From the NCBI GenBank assembly GCA_964016885.1, contig OZ024743.1, positions 180,606,001-180,670,000 of the forward strand: a stretch of DNA of 64,000 bases, given 5' to 3'. This document shows, piece after piece, positions 47,731 through 63,107 of the stretch; within the stretch, counting starts at the first letter, position 1; each line of letters opens with the position of its first letter. This DNA comes from Eledone cirrhosa. Its lineage: Eukaryota. Both the position numbers and the translations under genes were made by a program. Under the pieces are notes generated by a model. The model was not told where the DNA came from. It did not search any database and saw only the letters and a list, made by a program, of their open reading frames with translations.

Positions 47731-50284
47731 TGGAATAACGTCAATAGAACAGAGACAGACGGAATCCCTGCTGGCCCTCACACACAGGCTGTTCATGGAG
47801 CAAGCAATACTCCTCCCAACAAGAGGCGAAAATGTCCTGGACCTCTGTTTTACAAACAACGAAGTGCTCATCCACAATTTGAGGGTGACACCAACAATTC
47901 TCTCGGATCATAACTTAGTAGAGCTAATGATATGTGGTCCAAGAGAACCAACAGAGACAAAACCACCAAGAAGCTCCGGGACGCTATCCAACCTTAACTT
48001 CTACAAGGCTAACTGGAAAAAGATTAAGAGTGAAATCCGGAAGCAAACATGGAGTGAAAACACCGCCACATAAGACACTAACACACAATTTCAACACTTC
48101 ATGACAACGATACACACTGTGTGCAAAAAGTTTGTCCCGGAGAAAGAGGCAAACAGACACAAAAATCTTATTCCCAGAGATAGGAAAATCCTTATGAGAC
48201 GTAGAACTAAACTCTCAAACCAGTTGAATAGTCAACAAAACAAAAACAAGAAGGAATCCTATTTGAAACGTGCACTACTTGACACCGAGATTGCACTCAA
48301 ACTTTCACATGAGAATGAGAGGGCAAAGAAAGAGAACAGGGCCATAGAAAACATTAAAACAAACCCTAAGGCCTTCTTTAAATTTGCAAAAGAAACTGCC
48401 TCAGTACACTGCAAGATTGGGCCACTCTTCCACACGGACGGTTCATTAACCGAAAACCCCCAAGAGATATGTGAAATACTGAACGAACAGTACAAAAGTG
48501 TCTTCACATGTCCACTGAGGCACATGCAAATAACGAAGCCAGAGGAGTTCTTTGATGCCACAACACTACATCAAGAAATGGCAACCATCAACCACATGGA
48601 CATAACGGAGGAGGATGTGGTGTACGCCATAGATGAAATTAGAACAGACTCGGCTGCTGGACCTGATGGATTCCCAGCAGTTCTCTTAAAAATATGTAAG
48701 CGGGCCTTAGCAACTCCACTGAAGATGCTCTTCAGAAGCTCTTTGGCTAGCGGTGTACTACCCAGGGAGCTGAAAGAAGGCACAACATGCCCTATCCATA
48801 AAGGAGGTAGTAGAACGGAGGCCAAGAACTATAGGACAGTCTCTCTGACGTCGCATATCAGTAAGGTCATGGAGCGAGTCGTCAGAAATAAACTAATCAC
48901 TTTCCTCGAAGAAAATGACCGCGTGACTAGCACGCAACATGGCTTCCGCCCAGGAAGAAGCTGCCTTACACAGCTGCTACATCACTACGACTGGGTACTG
49001 AGACAACTACTAGACAGCTCACATGTGAACGTGATATATCTTGACTTTGCGAAGGCCTTTGACAAGGTCGATCACAGAATGATATGTCACAAACTACACT
49101 GACTCGGCATAACTGGATAAGTAGGTGAGTGGCTGCATGGCTTCCTAAGGGACAGAAGCCAGGTAGTCACAGCAAATGGGGCCCTCTCCAGGGAAACACC
49201 GATAACAAGTGGGATGCCCAAGGGGACAGTCCTGGGACCACTACTGTTTTTGGTGGCTCTCTCGAACATGCCCTCTGTGGTGCATGCAACAACAACCCTC
49301 ACTAACTATGCTGATGATACTAAGGTAGCACAGGCAATCAAAAACCCGGCTGACGCTGCCCTTTTACAGCAGGATCTGGATGCCATATACAGATGGGCGG
49401 AAGAAAACAACATACAGTTTAATGCTGGCAAATTCCAAGCCCTACAATACAAACCTGCAAACACAACTATAGTGGAACACAGCTACACAGGACCACGAGG
49501 GACCGATATCCCCGTGTCAAAATCGATACGAGACCTGGGCATAGACATGAGCGATGATGCATCTTTTTCTTCACACATCATGAAAGTGGCGACAACGTGC
49601 AGACGACTCGCTGGCTGGATCTTGAGGACTTTCCGGACAAGAGATCGAGACACCATGTTGACACTGTGGAGGACTTTTGTCCTAAGCCGCCTGGACTACT
49701 GCTCCCAGTTGTGGTCACCCCATAGTGTCAAACTAACCACGGAGATTGAGGCTAACCAGCGAAGCTACACCAAGAGGATTGCCAAGATGAGGGAGGCAAG
49801 CTACTGGGAGAGGCTGAAGGAACTGAACCTCTACTCCTTGGAGCGAAGACGGGAGAGATACGCAGTGATCTATATGTGGAAAATCCTGGAGGGACTAGCA
49901 CCAAACTTTGGCATTGGGAGCTGGACCAACCGTCGAACAGGACGTCACTGTGTGATGCGAAAGGTCCCGTCTTCCACATCTAGAATAAGGAGCAGGTATT
50001 GCAATAGCCTGGGATTCAAGGGCCCTCAACTCTTCAACAGGCTGCCGAGGCATCTGAGAGACTTGCATGACGTGGAGGTGGATGTCTTTAAGAAACATCT
50101 CGACACCTTGTTATCCAGGATCCCGGATGAGCCCACAGCAAGACACGAAGGAAACCTAAGGGCAGCAGCAACAAACTCCCTCTTACACCAGTGGCCAACC
50201 TATACAGGCTGGAGATCAAATGTGTAGCAACAAGGGCGGTGCCCCAGCATGGCCTCAGCCGGATGGCTGAAACAGGTAAAAGAG
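47731..50284 (+). mobile_element. 5'-truncated APE-RT LINE (family 2, related to family 1) with several in-frame stops
   Basis: [42 protein letters not shown]; both ends lie in (TA)n. Confidence 0.92.
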
Positions 50285-50365
<81 letters not shown>

Positions 50366-50366
50366 A

Positions 50367-50545
<179 letters not shown>

Positions 50546-50601
50546 GTATATATATATACATATATATATATACATATATATATATATGTATATATATATA
50601 C

Positions 50602-50708
<107 letters not shown>

Positions 50709-50723
50709 TAAATATATATATAC

Positions 50724-50820
<97 letters not shown>

Positions 50821-51535
50821 ATTAATACAATAACAGAGATAGTTTAAAGCTAATCTCTGACTGGTAACCATCTCACTCAACAAACATTAGGTTATATTTT
50901 AATATAAACCCAATTTAAGGGTTTGGGGAGCTAACAATATGTATTATGTGGAAAAGCCAGTTGTATTATTTTATGAGATATAATTAAAGTTAAAATATAT
51001 CTCTCTTTCCAAACAATTGTTTCATTATAAGTTTTCTACAAATTCGGAGAATATTTCCAGTTTATGTAGAAGCCTAATATACATTCATGTAAGAATATAT
51101 TTAGGTGGGCGCTTATAAATCATCAGTGGAAGCCCATTAAACTTTGATATAAGAAAAACATTTCTTACCACGGTTAAAAATCGTGTACGTTAAGTTGCTC
51201 CTACCCGCATCGAAAAACCGGCAAATTTGAAATTCCAGCAGTTTTTGACTGAAGAAGTGTTACAGCGTCACTAAGCGGGAAGGGGAGACAACTACGATCC
51301 ACGAAAGGAGGGAAAAAAAATAATATACACGCGGGTTAATCAGTTTATTCGAAAACATTATCAATCCAATGTGTTAAGAACTCAATTGAAATTAAAAAAA
51401 TAAATATATGCGTGTATAAATTACACACGCATATAGATATTTTCTTAGACTAAAATCAGAGGTTGTACCTGAATGAGAAACCGCATCTCGTAACCGTAGT
51501 AAATACGGAAAGTTATGCTTTAAACGGCAAATGGG

Positions 51536-51637
<102 letters not shown>

Positions 51638-51775
51638 CATATATATATATATACATTTATATATACATCTCGGTTATTTTTCATTTTGTAAAAAAAACCT
51701 CACTTTCTAACATATATATATATATATATACATATATATATGCATATATATATACATATATATACATATATATAC

Positions 51776-51842
<67 letters not shown>

Positions 51843-51845
51843 TAC

Positions 51846-51909
<64 letters not shown>

Positions 51910-51914
<5 letters not shown>

Positions 51915-52290
51915 TAAACGGAATAGAAAATGCTGACAAATTGTTCACAGTTGAAAAATGGTTTAATTAGGAATAAAAGAGTATTAGTGATTGTATGGGT
52001 TAGTATTCGGTTGTGGTTTTAAGTTTTTAAGTTTTTACCGGTTGCGCATTTCTAAATGCTTTTCAAAAATAATTTTGAGATAGAGTGTCCGTGCTGTTTG
52101 CTCTGATCTGATTAGTTTTGGGAATTCTACCTGTTTTTATGTTAAAAAATTGGCTCCAGCGTTATTTTTGTGTTGCAAAAATGCTTGTGGTCAAAACAAT
52201 TTTGATTGGTCGGTAGAGGTCATGTGGATAAAAAATTGGTTTTGCGCCAAGATTGAGAAATGACTCTTTCACAACAAATATGTGTGTGTG

Positions 52291-52332
<42 letters not shown>

Positions 52333-52393
52333 GTAAGGTATTCGATGCTGCGACAATAGCCAGCAGCGATGTGTGTCAAATGGCTATTAAGAT

Positions 52394-52439
<46 letters not shown>

Positions 52440-55364
52440 AGCAGAGTCATTCGAAGGTCAAAGGATATTTTTCAGCTTTTGTCTTATACGGAGAAGTGCG
52501 TGTGTGTGTGTGTGTGTATAAGTCTCTTTGTATGTTGATGTACGCGTGTGTTTGTGTATATATGTGTGTGGGGGGGGGGGCCAGTATTTTTTTCCCCCTA
52601 GTAAAATGGTGTACATTATTCGATTTTTTCAGTAAAATCGGTTCTCTTAATAGAACATCAAAAATCTTAACAATAAAAGGTGTGAAATGATATTCACTAT
52701 ATATATACACACACACACCGACCCCACTACGTCCTAACTACTATGAAATGAAGGAAAACATCACAGACTTCTGTAGAAAGTTACGACTTAGTGAACAACT
52801 ATTCGACCAGTACAATGAGGATGAATCATTAGCCAGAAATAGAAGCAATTACACCCCTTCAAAAGGTAGAAATAAAATCCTGGACGAATTCTGTGAACAC
52901 ATCACAAACTTCCCTTACCAACACTTGCACAGACAAAAACACAAGCCAAACCTCAACAAGAAAGAATGGGAAGAATTAAATAGATTAAAAACCGACAGAA
53001 CCATTACAATTAAAGAGGCTGATAAAGGGAGTACAGTAGTCCTAATGGAGACAGAATTCTATATCAACTTAGCGCTCTCCACTCTGGAAAACGAAACATA
53101 CTACGAAAAGGCTGAACACTACAATCAACAGAAAATTATGAGAAACCTAAAAACTCTAATCAACCAATACAAAGAAGGACTCACTAACAAGGAATTCAGC
53201 TTCATCGCAGACTTCACAAGTAAATCCAGCCTTTTCTACGGTATCCCTAAAGTACATAAAAGCGAATCAATCAGTAAGGCATGCAAGGAAGCCACAGACA
53301 TAGTCATCAATGTCCCCTCACCCAATGATCTCAAATTAAGACCTATAATAGCAGGCCCCGCTTGCGAAACGCACCGTCTTAGCAACTTCATTGATACCCT
53401 TCTCAAACCCTTCCTCAAGCACATCAAAAGCTATATAAGGGACGACCTAGATATGCTCAATCACCTCCCTAATATGCCACTTTCTGAACAAACCCTACTA
53501 GTGACGTTCGATGTAGTCAACCTATACTCCAACATCCCCCACAACCTAGGAATAGAAGCTATCCAATTCTGGCTGGATAATTTCCACAATGAACTCCCAC
53601 AACGCATCAAAAAAGAATTCGTGATAGAGGGACTCAAATTTATCTTGGAGAACAATTACTTCGTTTTCAATAACAAACCCTACAGGCAGAAATCTGGGAC
53701 CGCTATGGGAACGAAAACAGCCCCTACTTATGCCAACCTAGTCATGGGATACCTGGAAATCACCCTCTACACTAAAGTCCTAAACAAATTTGGAAACACC
53801 CTCCACTTACACATTGAAAGGAACTGGAAGCGATATCTAGATGACTGCTTCATCCTTTGGCACGAAAACATCGAAAAACTTAAAGAATTTCACACCCTTA
53901 TAAATGGGCTCAACACAAATATTAACTTCACGATGGAATACAGCCATCAACAACTCCCCTTCCTCGACATCCTCATTAAGATCCATAACAAAAAAATAGA
54001 AACAGACATATACTACAAGCCCACAGACTCCAAGCAATACCTCTCCTTCAACTCTTGCCACCCTAGACACGTTAAAATTAATATTCCCTACAACTTAGCC
54101 AAGAGAATCTGTACTATAGTCTCCAATAAAAACATCTGCTACTTACGGCTACAAGAACTAAAGGACACACTCATAGGCAGGGACTACCCTGCATCACTAA
54201 TTGACAATGGAATCCAACGTGCCCTAAAACTCAGTACCCAGGACCTTAGACACCCTAAAGTAAATCAACCAAAACTAAAAGCTCTTCCATACATCTCCAC
54301 ACACAACCCCCTCAACAATGAGGCCTTTGACACCATCCTCCAGAACATCCCTGTATTGAAAAAGGACCATAGAATGAACCAAATTCTACGAACACACGAT
54401 ATCATAAAGAGCAAAAGACAATCCAAGTCAATCAAAAACATCTTAACACATGCCAAAGTACTGCCAACCACAACAACGAAACCCACAGTAAAAAAATGCG
54501 ATAGACCCAACTGTGGCATTTGCATCAACCTAATAGAGGGTTCGGAATTCTATTTCAAAGATGGACAACGTTTTATAGTAAAACACAATTTCACATGTGC
54601 ATCGGAAAATCTAATATATGTATTAACTTGTTCAGGTTGTCGAGAACAATACATAGGCCAGACCAAAAACAGCCTCCGCCAACGCATGACTGTCCATAGA
54701 TCCCAAATTAAAATACGGGAATACAGGAAAATACCACTGAGTGAACACATTGATACCTGTGCCGCCCAAAATCATCCCAACTTCAGAATCTTTCCCCTCT
54801 ACAAATTTAAAGATAATGCCACCCACACCCAGCGCATCAGCAAGGAATCTTACTTCATTAACAAATACGGACCCCGTCTAAACACTTCTCCCTAAGACGA
54901 ACCCACAACATACACACGTCAACATACATACCTACATCAGCACACATCTCTACCCACATATAAACACAATGACACACGTAAACACACATGCTCTATGGTG
55001 CAATACAAAAAAATATATGTGCATATATATGTATGTATATATGTATATATGTATATATATGTGTGTAGTGAATATATGTGTGTGTGTGTGTATATATAGT
55101 GAATATCATTTCACACCTTTTATTGTTAAGATTTTTGATGTTCTATTAAGAGAACCGATTTTACTGAAAAAATCGAATAATGTACACCATTTTACCAGGG
55201 GGAAAAATACTGGTCCCCCCCCCCCCCCCACACACACACATATATACACAAACACACGCGTACATCAACATACAAAGAGACTTATACACACACACACACA
55301 CACGCACTTCTCCGTATAAGACAAAAGCTGAAAAATATCCTTTGAGCTTCGAATGACTCTGCTG

Positions 55365-55439
<75 letters not shown>

Positions 55440-55500
55440 ATCTTAATAGCCATTTGACACACATCGCTGCTGGCTATTGTCGCAGCATCGAATACCTTAC

Positions 55501-55542
<42 letters not shown>

Positions 55543-55925
55543 CACACACACATATTTGTTGTGAAAGAGTCATTTCTCAATCTTGGCGCAAAACCAATTT
55601 TTTATCCACATGACCTCTACCGACCAATCAAAATTGTTTTGACCACAAGCATTTTTGCAACACAAAAATAACGCTGGAGCCAATTTTTTAACATAAAAAC
55701 AGGTAGAATTCCCAAAACTAATCAGATCAGAGCAAACAGCACGGACACTCTATCTCAAAATTATTTTTGAAAAGCATTTAGAAATGCGCAACCGGTAAAA
55801 ACTTAAAAACTTAAAACCACAACCGAATACTAACCCATACAATCACTAATACTCTTTTATTCCTAATTAAACCATTTTTCAACTGTGAACAATTTGTCAG
55901 CATTTTCTATTCCGTTTACCAATAT
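51910..55925 (+). mobile_element. Neptune-type PLE with inverted pseudo-LTR (about 51910-52717 is the reverse complement of about 55078-55925)
   Basis: RT + Cys-rich linker + GIY-YIG; typical PLE 5' inversion; variant HHR at 55764-55801 and 52035-52072. Confidence 0.92.
52748..54895 (+). CDS. PLE reverse transcriptase / GIY-YIG endonuclease, 715 aa, uninterrupted but probably slightly 5'-truncated
   Basis: IKEADKG, FYGIPKVHK, LRPIIAG, FDVVNLYSNI, GTAMG, WKRYLDD, LPFLD, CDRPNCGIC, LIYVLTCSGC..QYIGQT...RMTVH. Confidence 0.92.
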   Translation: MKENITDFCRKLRLSEQLFDQYNEDESLARNRSNYTPSKGRNKILDEFCEHITNFPYQHLHRQKHKPNLNKKEWEELNRLKTDRTITIKEADKGSTVVLMETEFYINLALSTLENETYYEKAEHYNQQKIMRNLKTLINQYKEGLTNKEFSFIADFTSKSSLFYGIPKVHKSESISKACKEATDIVINVPSPNDLKLRPIIAGPACETHRLSNFIDTLLKPFLKHIKSYIRDDLDMLNHLPNMPLSEQTLLVTFDVVNLYSNIPHNLGIEAIQFWLDNFHNELPQRIKKEFVIEGLKFILENNYFVFNNKPYRQKSGTAMGTKTAPTYANLVMGYLEITLYTKVLNKFGNTLHLHIERNWKRYLDDCFILWHENIEKLKEFHTLINGLNTNINFTMEYSHQQLPFLDILIKIHNKKIETDIYYKPTDSKQYLSFNSCHPRHVKINIPYNLAKRICTIVSNKNICYLRLQELKDTLIGRDYPASLIDNGIQRALKLSTQDLRHPKVNQPKLKALPYISTHNPLNNEAFDTILQNIPVLKKDHRMNQILRTHDIIKSKRQSKSIKNILTHAKVLPTTTTKPTVKKCDRPNCGICINLIEGSEFYFKDGQRFIVKHNFTCASENLIYVLTCSGCREQYIGQTKNSLRQRMTVHRSQIKIREYRKIPLSEHIDTCAAQNHPNFRIFPLYKFKDNATHTQRISKESYFINKYGPRLNTSP

Positions 55926-55957
55926 ATAATAACTTGTGTGTTACACCTCTATTCTTT

Positions 55958-55991
<34 letters not shown>

Positions 55992-56366
55992 AATATAAAT
56001 ACAGCGAGAATCGCATTTGTGCGGGTAGAAAAAGCGAAACGAAACGCAAAATCAGAGTTATGGTGGCAAGCGCTCCATAGTTAAAAAACCAGAGCTAAAC
56101 ATATATGTTAAACATTATAGATATTTCAAGGGCCACCAAGGCAAACTATGGTGCGCTTTCATCAGATAAAATATAATAGAGGTTAGTTTTATAAATAAAT
56201 ATTGACATACCCTGAGAAAATGCAACCATTCTGGTTGAAATCTCCTGGATAAATATAGTTTCCATTTGTTAATATATTGTATATTTACTCCATTAATTTG
56301 TTGAGTGCTTTATATCAGTTATAAAAATATTTTGCTTCTTGTATCCCAACAAAGTAAATATAACCT

Positions 56367-56491
<125 letters not shown>

Positions 56492-56943
56492 GAATTCACA
56501 AGAATCAAAGCTATGTTCAAAGCATTTATTCACTTACAATTGTTTCATCCAAAACTAGGCTTGGTGTCTTCGGAACATTTTTCAATGTTTGTACACATAA
56601 TTCACCTCCTTTCCAACGCAAGAGACTTACAGATACATATGTATATATTGATGTACAGTGGAGTGACATATATAATATTATATTATTACTGTATAGCAAT
56701 TCAAAATCAAAATTAAAATTAAAACAAAATTAAAACAAAATTAGAATACATTCAGCAGTTAACATAGATAATGCAAGAGGATCATTTGTTAGTCAGGTGT
56801 AGTAGCTAGTGTATGCGTTAGTTACACGTGGGGCATGCACGTGTGTCTCATTTATATATGATTATTGTGTGGCAGGGTGTTACATGTAATACAAGCACTT
56901 TAAGCAGGTAAGTAAGAGTATTACGGAGGTTGTAGTGGTAAGG

Positions 56944-57476
<533 letters not shown>

Positions 57477-57489
57477 ATGTATATATATG

Positions 57490-57520
<31 letters not shown>

Positions 57521-57521
57521 A

Positions 57522-57668
<147 letters not shown>

Positions 57669-57694
57669 CTATATGTATATATATATATATATAT

Positions 57695-60600
57695 AGAGAA
57701 AAGATGAATATAAAATGAAAGTGCTTTTTTTTAAAAGGAATTTATTAGGTATTGACATATGTTTCTGTAACAGACGGAATACCTATGTATCGCTGCTTGC
57801 TAATCATATAATGTTAGCAAGTATTCGATAGCAAATGTATAATCAGTTGTCACTTCTTCAGAGATTTTGGATAAATTGGATAAAATCAGAAAAATTGAAG
57901 TATTTATATTAGTAATAGAGGAAGAAGAGAGGGGATAGTATATGACAGATGGTAATTCAATTTACTGCTAATCAAGTATATAAAGGGTTTCTAATGAGAA
58001 TACCATGAGTAAATGGTTCATTTTATCTAAATAAGAATTTTTTGGGAGTGCCAATTTTAATCTCTACTTGACCAATTGGACAGTGGACAGGGCTGGTTAT
58101 TTGGTGTAGTAGTATTAATTATAAAGTGTCAATTGGGGAAGGGGGAGATTTCGATTGCTACTGAATAACATCAATGCTAGTAGCCAGCTGGTATATGCAT
58201 TAGGGAATTGAATTAAGAAATCAGAAATCTCATTTTATCTATAGCAGTTTATATTAAATGGTAAATAATAGAAGAGGTGATAGAATTAAGACTAATAGAG
58301 AATGTTAATATCTATTTTGACAATCAAACGGAGATAGAGACAGGCGTTCAATCCTGGTAGTATTTATAATATGAAAATGTAGATTTTAAGCGATGGGTAC
58401 AGTATAACGATCGCTCTATTCTGTTATTTAATAAAATGTTTTTGGATTTCATAATACAAAATAATTCCACATTACATAATATACAAAATTCCTGTCCGTG
58501 GGTATATGGGGGGGGGGGGGGCATCCGCTTTTATATCCCATTTTAGGTGAAATTGTTGGTTATTTTCACGCAGCTGCCAAACCTTGTCTCCGAGTGTTGT
58601 TACATAACGCTGGTTTTCATGTTTTATCGAGTAACGATGTCTAATTCAGCATACGCCTCTAAAATAGAAAGGCACCAATTGGATATGTCGTTAAAAAACA
58701 TACCTATTCAGGCAAAAAGGGAATATATTCTAGGTATGATACGAAGGACCAATGATTTTATTCGACGAATCAGATGGAAAACATTCTATTTTGACAAAAG
58801 CCGTATAAACCAAACATCGGATCTTAACAAGGATAAATTTGGATTTAAATCTTACTAAAACCCACCCTCAAACCCACTTTTGGATGCATTTGAACAAGAC
58901 CTAATGGATATGATCATGGAGATCAAATTTACAAAACGGAAAAACAATAAACTACAGAATGACATCACGGCACTGCTCAATAATCTAAAAAACGCCAATG
59001 GAATTATTGTTAGAGCAGACAAAACATCAAACGTATAAACCATGGATGTGGACACTTACAATAACTTCATCCGTAAGGAATTGCATAAAAAATACAAGAA
59101 AACTAATGAAGCTACACTTAAAAACATCAACAACTCGGCATGTGAAATTGTTAAAAAACTTTGTATTGACGATAGAACGCAACCCTTAACACCAGCTATA
59201 CCATCCTTCAACCTGAAGGACCACAAGGTAAACTTCGATACTAACCCTAAGACTAGACTTATATGCCCCTCTAAATCTGATATAGGCAAAATTAGCAAAT
59301 ATATACTAGACAGAATTATCCCCCAAGTTAAGGTTAAAGTAGAAATTAAACTATGGGGTAACACTCATGAAGCAATAAGATGGTTTAATAACATTACTGA
59401 TAAGAAAAAAATCAAAATTTATTCAGTTTGATATTGATGAATATTATTCCTCAATTTCACCTGATACTCTACATGAAGCTCTTTCGTTCGCTAAGGCTAA
59501 TTCCGACCTTACGGATGCTGAAATTAAAATTATTATGGAAGCGAGGAAAACTATAGTTAAATTCGATGATAGCTACTGGGTTCGCAAAGATAGACCTTCT
59601 AATTTTGATATTACTATGGGTTCTAATGATTCGGCGGAAGTAACAGATCTTGTGGGAATTTATATCACCCACAGACTACAAGGAAAATTCAAGGATCTCC
59701 ACGGTGGAATCTACCGTGATGATGCGCTCCTATTAGTTAAGCATATGAATAACCAGAATTTAGAAAGGATGCGTAAAAATATCAGAAAGCTTTTTAAGGA
59801 ACTAGGATTAAATATTACATTTGAATATAACCTCAAAGAGGTCAATTTCCTTGATGTTACTTTGAATCTCAATACAGATACAATTAAACCGTTCCATAAA
59901 CTAAATGAGAACCTTAAATATGTAAATACGAGTTCTAACCATCCACTCTCTATAATTAAATCCATCCCTAGAAATGTTTCTCTTAGAATCTCCCGCCTGT
60001 CGTCCAACCAACAAACCTTCAAAGAACATGCCGAATATTATGATGATGCACTTAGGAAAGCCGGACACCTAGATAATATAGAGAATATAGTCGAAGATCA
60101 CCAAAACACACAAAATAAATCCCATAGGAGTTGAAATAGCACAGAATCACCACCATACATACACTACCGCAATAGACACAATAATAGTCGTACACCACCA
60201 AACAGAAGGCGATGTAAAGAGTATATTTGGTACAACCCGGTCTATAACAACTCTATTGAAACCAATCTACCCTCACAATTCTTCCGATTAGTTAAAAAAC
60301 ACTTTCCAACATCACATAAATATAATAAAATCTTAAACCCTAACACTATTCGACTTTCATATTCAACCGCCCCTAATATTGAACAACATATAAAAAAGCT
60401 TAACGCAAAACGGTTGTATAAACGCCTTCCAACACATAACAATACACGTAAAACATTAGCTATAACATCACAAAACAACAAACAACATCCTGTCCTACCT
60501 AAGCAACCTCATCAACCCATCCATGACAATACAACAACGCAAAATTATAATTGCAACTGTGTCCAACCAGGAATATGTCCGTTGAACAATCAGTGTCTTG

Positions 60601-61655
60601 AACGCAACATTGTATACAAATGTACTATCGAATCGGATAGACAGAAGTGGTACAATGTGGGATCTACAGCCACCTCCTTCAAATCACGCCTTTATAGACA
60701 TCGTTACTCGATAAAACATGAAAACCAGCGTTATGTAACAACACTCACAGACAAGGCTTGGCAGCTGCGTGAAAATAACCAACAATTTCACCTAAAATGG
60801 GATATAATAGCGGATGCCCCCCCCCCCCCCCCCCCCCCCCCCCATATACCCACGGACAGGAATTTTGTATATTATGTAATGTGGAATTATTTTGTATTAT
60901 GAAATCCAAAAACATTTTATTAAATAACAGAATAGGGCGATCGTTATACTGTAACCATCGCTTAAAATCTACATTTTCATATTATAAATACTACCAGGAT
61001 TGAACGCCTGTTTCTATCTCCGTTTGATTGTCAAAATAGATATTAACATTCTCTATTAGTCTTAATTCTATCACCTCTTCTATTATTTACCATTTAATAT
61101 AAACTGCTATAGATAAAATGAGATTTCTGATTTCTTAATTCAATTCCCTAATGCATATACCAGCTGGCTACTAGCATTGATGTTATTCAGTAGCAATCGA
61201 AATCTCCCCCTTCCCCAATTGACACTTTATAATTAATACTACTACACCAAATAACCAGCCCTGTCCACTGTCCAATTGGTCAAGTAGAGATTAAAATTGG
61301 CACTCCCAAAAAATTCTTATTTAGATAAAATGAACCATTTACTCATGGTATTCTCATTAGAAACCCTTTATATACTTGATTAGCAGTAAATTGAATTACC
61401 ATCTGTCATATACTATCCCCTCTCTTCTTCCTCTATTACTAATATAAATACTTCAATTTTTCTGATTTTATCCAATTTATCCAAAATCTCTGAAGAAGTG
61501 ACAACTGATTATACATTTGCTATCGAATACTTGCTAACATTATATGATTACGCCAGCAACGGTACATAGGTATTCGGTCTGTTACAGAAACATATGTCAA
61601 TACGTAATAAATTCCTTTTAAAAAAAAGCACTTTCATTTTATATTCATCCTTTCT
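57695..61655 (+). mobile_element. Second Naiad-type PLE with inverted arm (about 57695-58643 is the reverse complement of about 60693-61655)
   Basis: Inverted arm plus RT/GIY-YIG pseudogene; HHR-like motif with a 90-nt stem II at 61490-61598 and 57754-57861. Confidence 0.9.
58644..61003 (+). pseudogene. PLE RT-GIY-YIG ORF with stops and frameshifts
   Basis: SLKNIPI, RLICPSKSDIG, FDITMGSNDSAEV, GIYRDD, FLDVTL, WYNP, CNC..CP..CL, IVYKC. Confidence 0.9.
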
Positions 61656-61758
61656 ACATTTTCTCCGGAATATAATTTATACTCGTTGAGCAAACCTACA
61701 CGTACGCTGTTCATCTCTAACGTAACGATATATTATCACTACATTATTGATAACCTGA

Positions 61759-61906
<148 letters not shown>

Positions 61907-62018
61907 ATGTATATATATATGTATGTATATGTATATATATATGTATGTATATGTATAAATATATATATATATATGTATGTATATGTATATATATATATAT
62001 GTATATATATATATGTAT

Positions 62019-62106
<88 letters not shown>

Positions 62107-62128
62107 TATATGTATATATATATGTATG

Positions 62129-62217
<89 letters not shown>

Positions 62218-62271
62218 GTATGTATATATATATATATGTATGTATATGTATATATATATATATTTTTTTTT

Positions 62272-62500
62272 TTCACCGTATTTTAAACTAACGAAATTTC
62301 TAGCCTGATAGTGGGGTTTATAACCCTCGGAGAAATGGAAAAAGATGAGTGTTGCCGTACAGGTTATAAACCCCACTATCAGGCTAGAAATTTCTTTAGT
62401 CTAAAATACGGTGAAAGCTTATAATTTCTAATTTCTAATTTCAAACTCGCGCACCGCTTCAAAAACATACTTACAAATTTACGTTTATAATTTGCTTGTT
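62272..62500. repeat. Second copy of the 46676 hairpin element
   Basis: Identical apart from extra taatttc repeats. Confidence 0.8.
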
Positions 62501-62520
62501 TATATATATATATGTGTATG

Positions 62521-62670
<150 letters not shown>

Positions 62671-62722
62671 TGTATATGTATATATATATATATATGTATG
62701 TATATGTATATATATATATATA

Positions 62723-62829
<107 letters not shown>

Positions 62830-62863
62830 ATGTATATATATATATATGTATGTATATATATAT

Positions 62864-63052
<189 letters not shown>

Positions 63053-63060
63053 TGTATATG

Positions 63061-63091
<31 letters not shown>

Positions 63092-63107
63092 ATATATATA
63101 TATATAT

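Noticed and set aside
51047-51130. Minus-strand CTGATGA, long hairpin, GAAAT
   Set aside because: Stem I cannot form; left unannotated, although it may be a decayed extended HHR
60132-60134. In-frame TGA in a Naiad-type ORF as possible selenocysteine (known in some Naiads)
   Set aside because: Lies in a variable linker, the conserved Cys motif uses TGT/TGC, and the copy also has TAA stops and frameshifts; CGA-to-TGA decay is more likely
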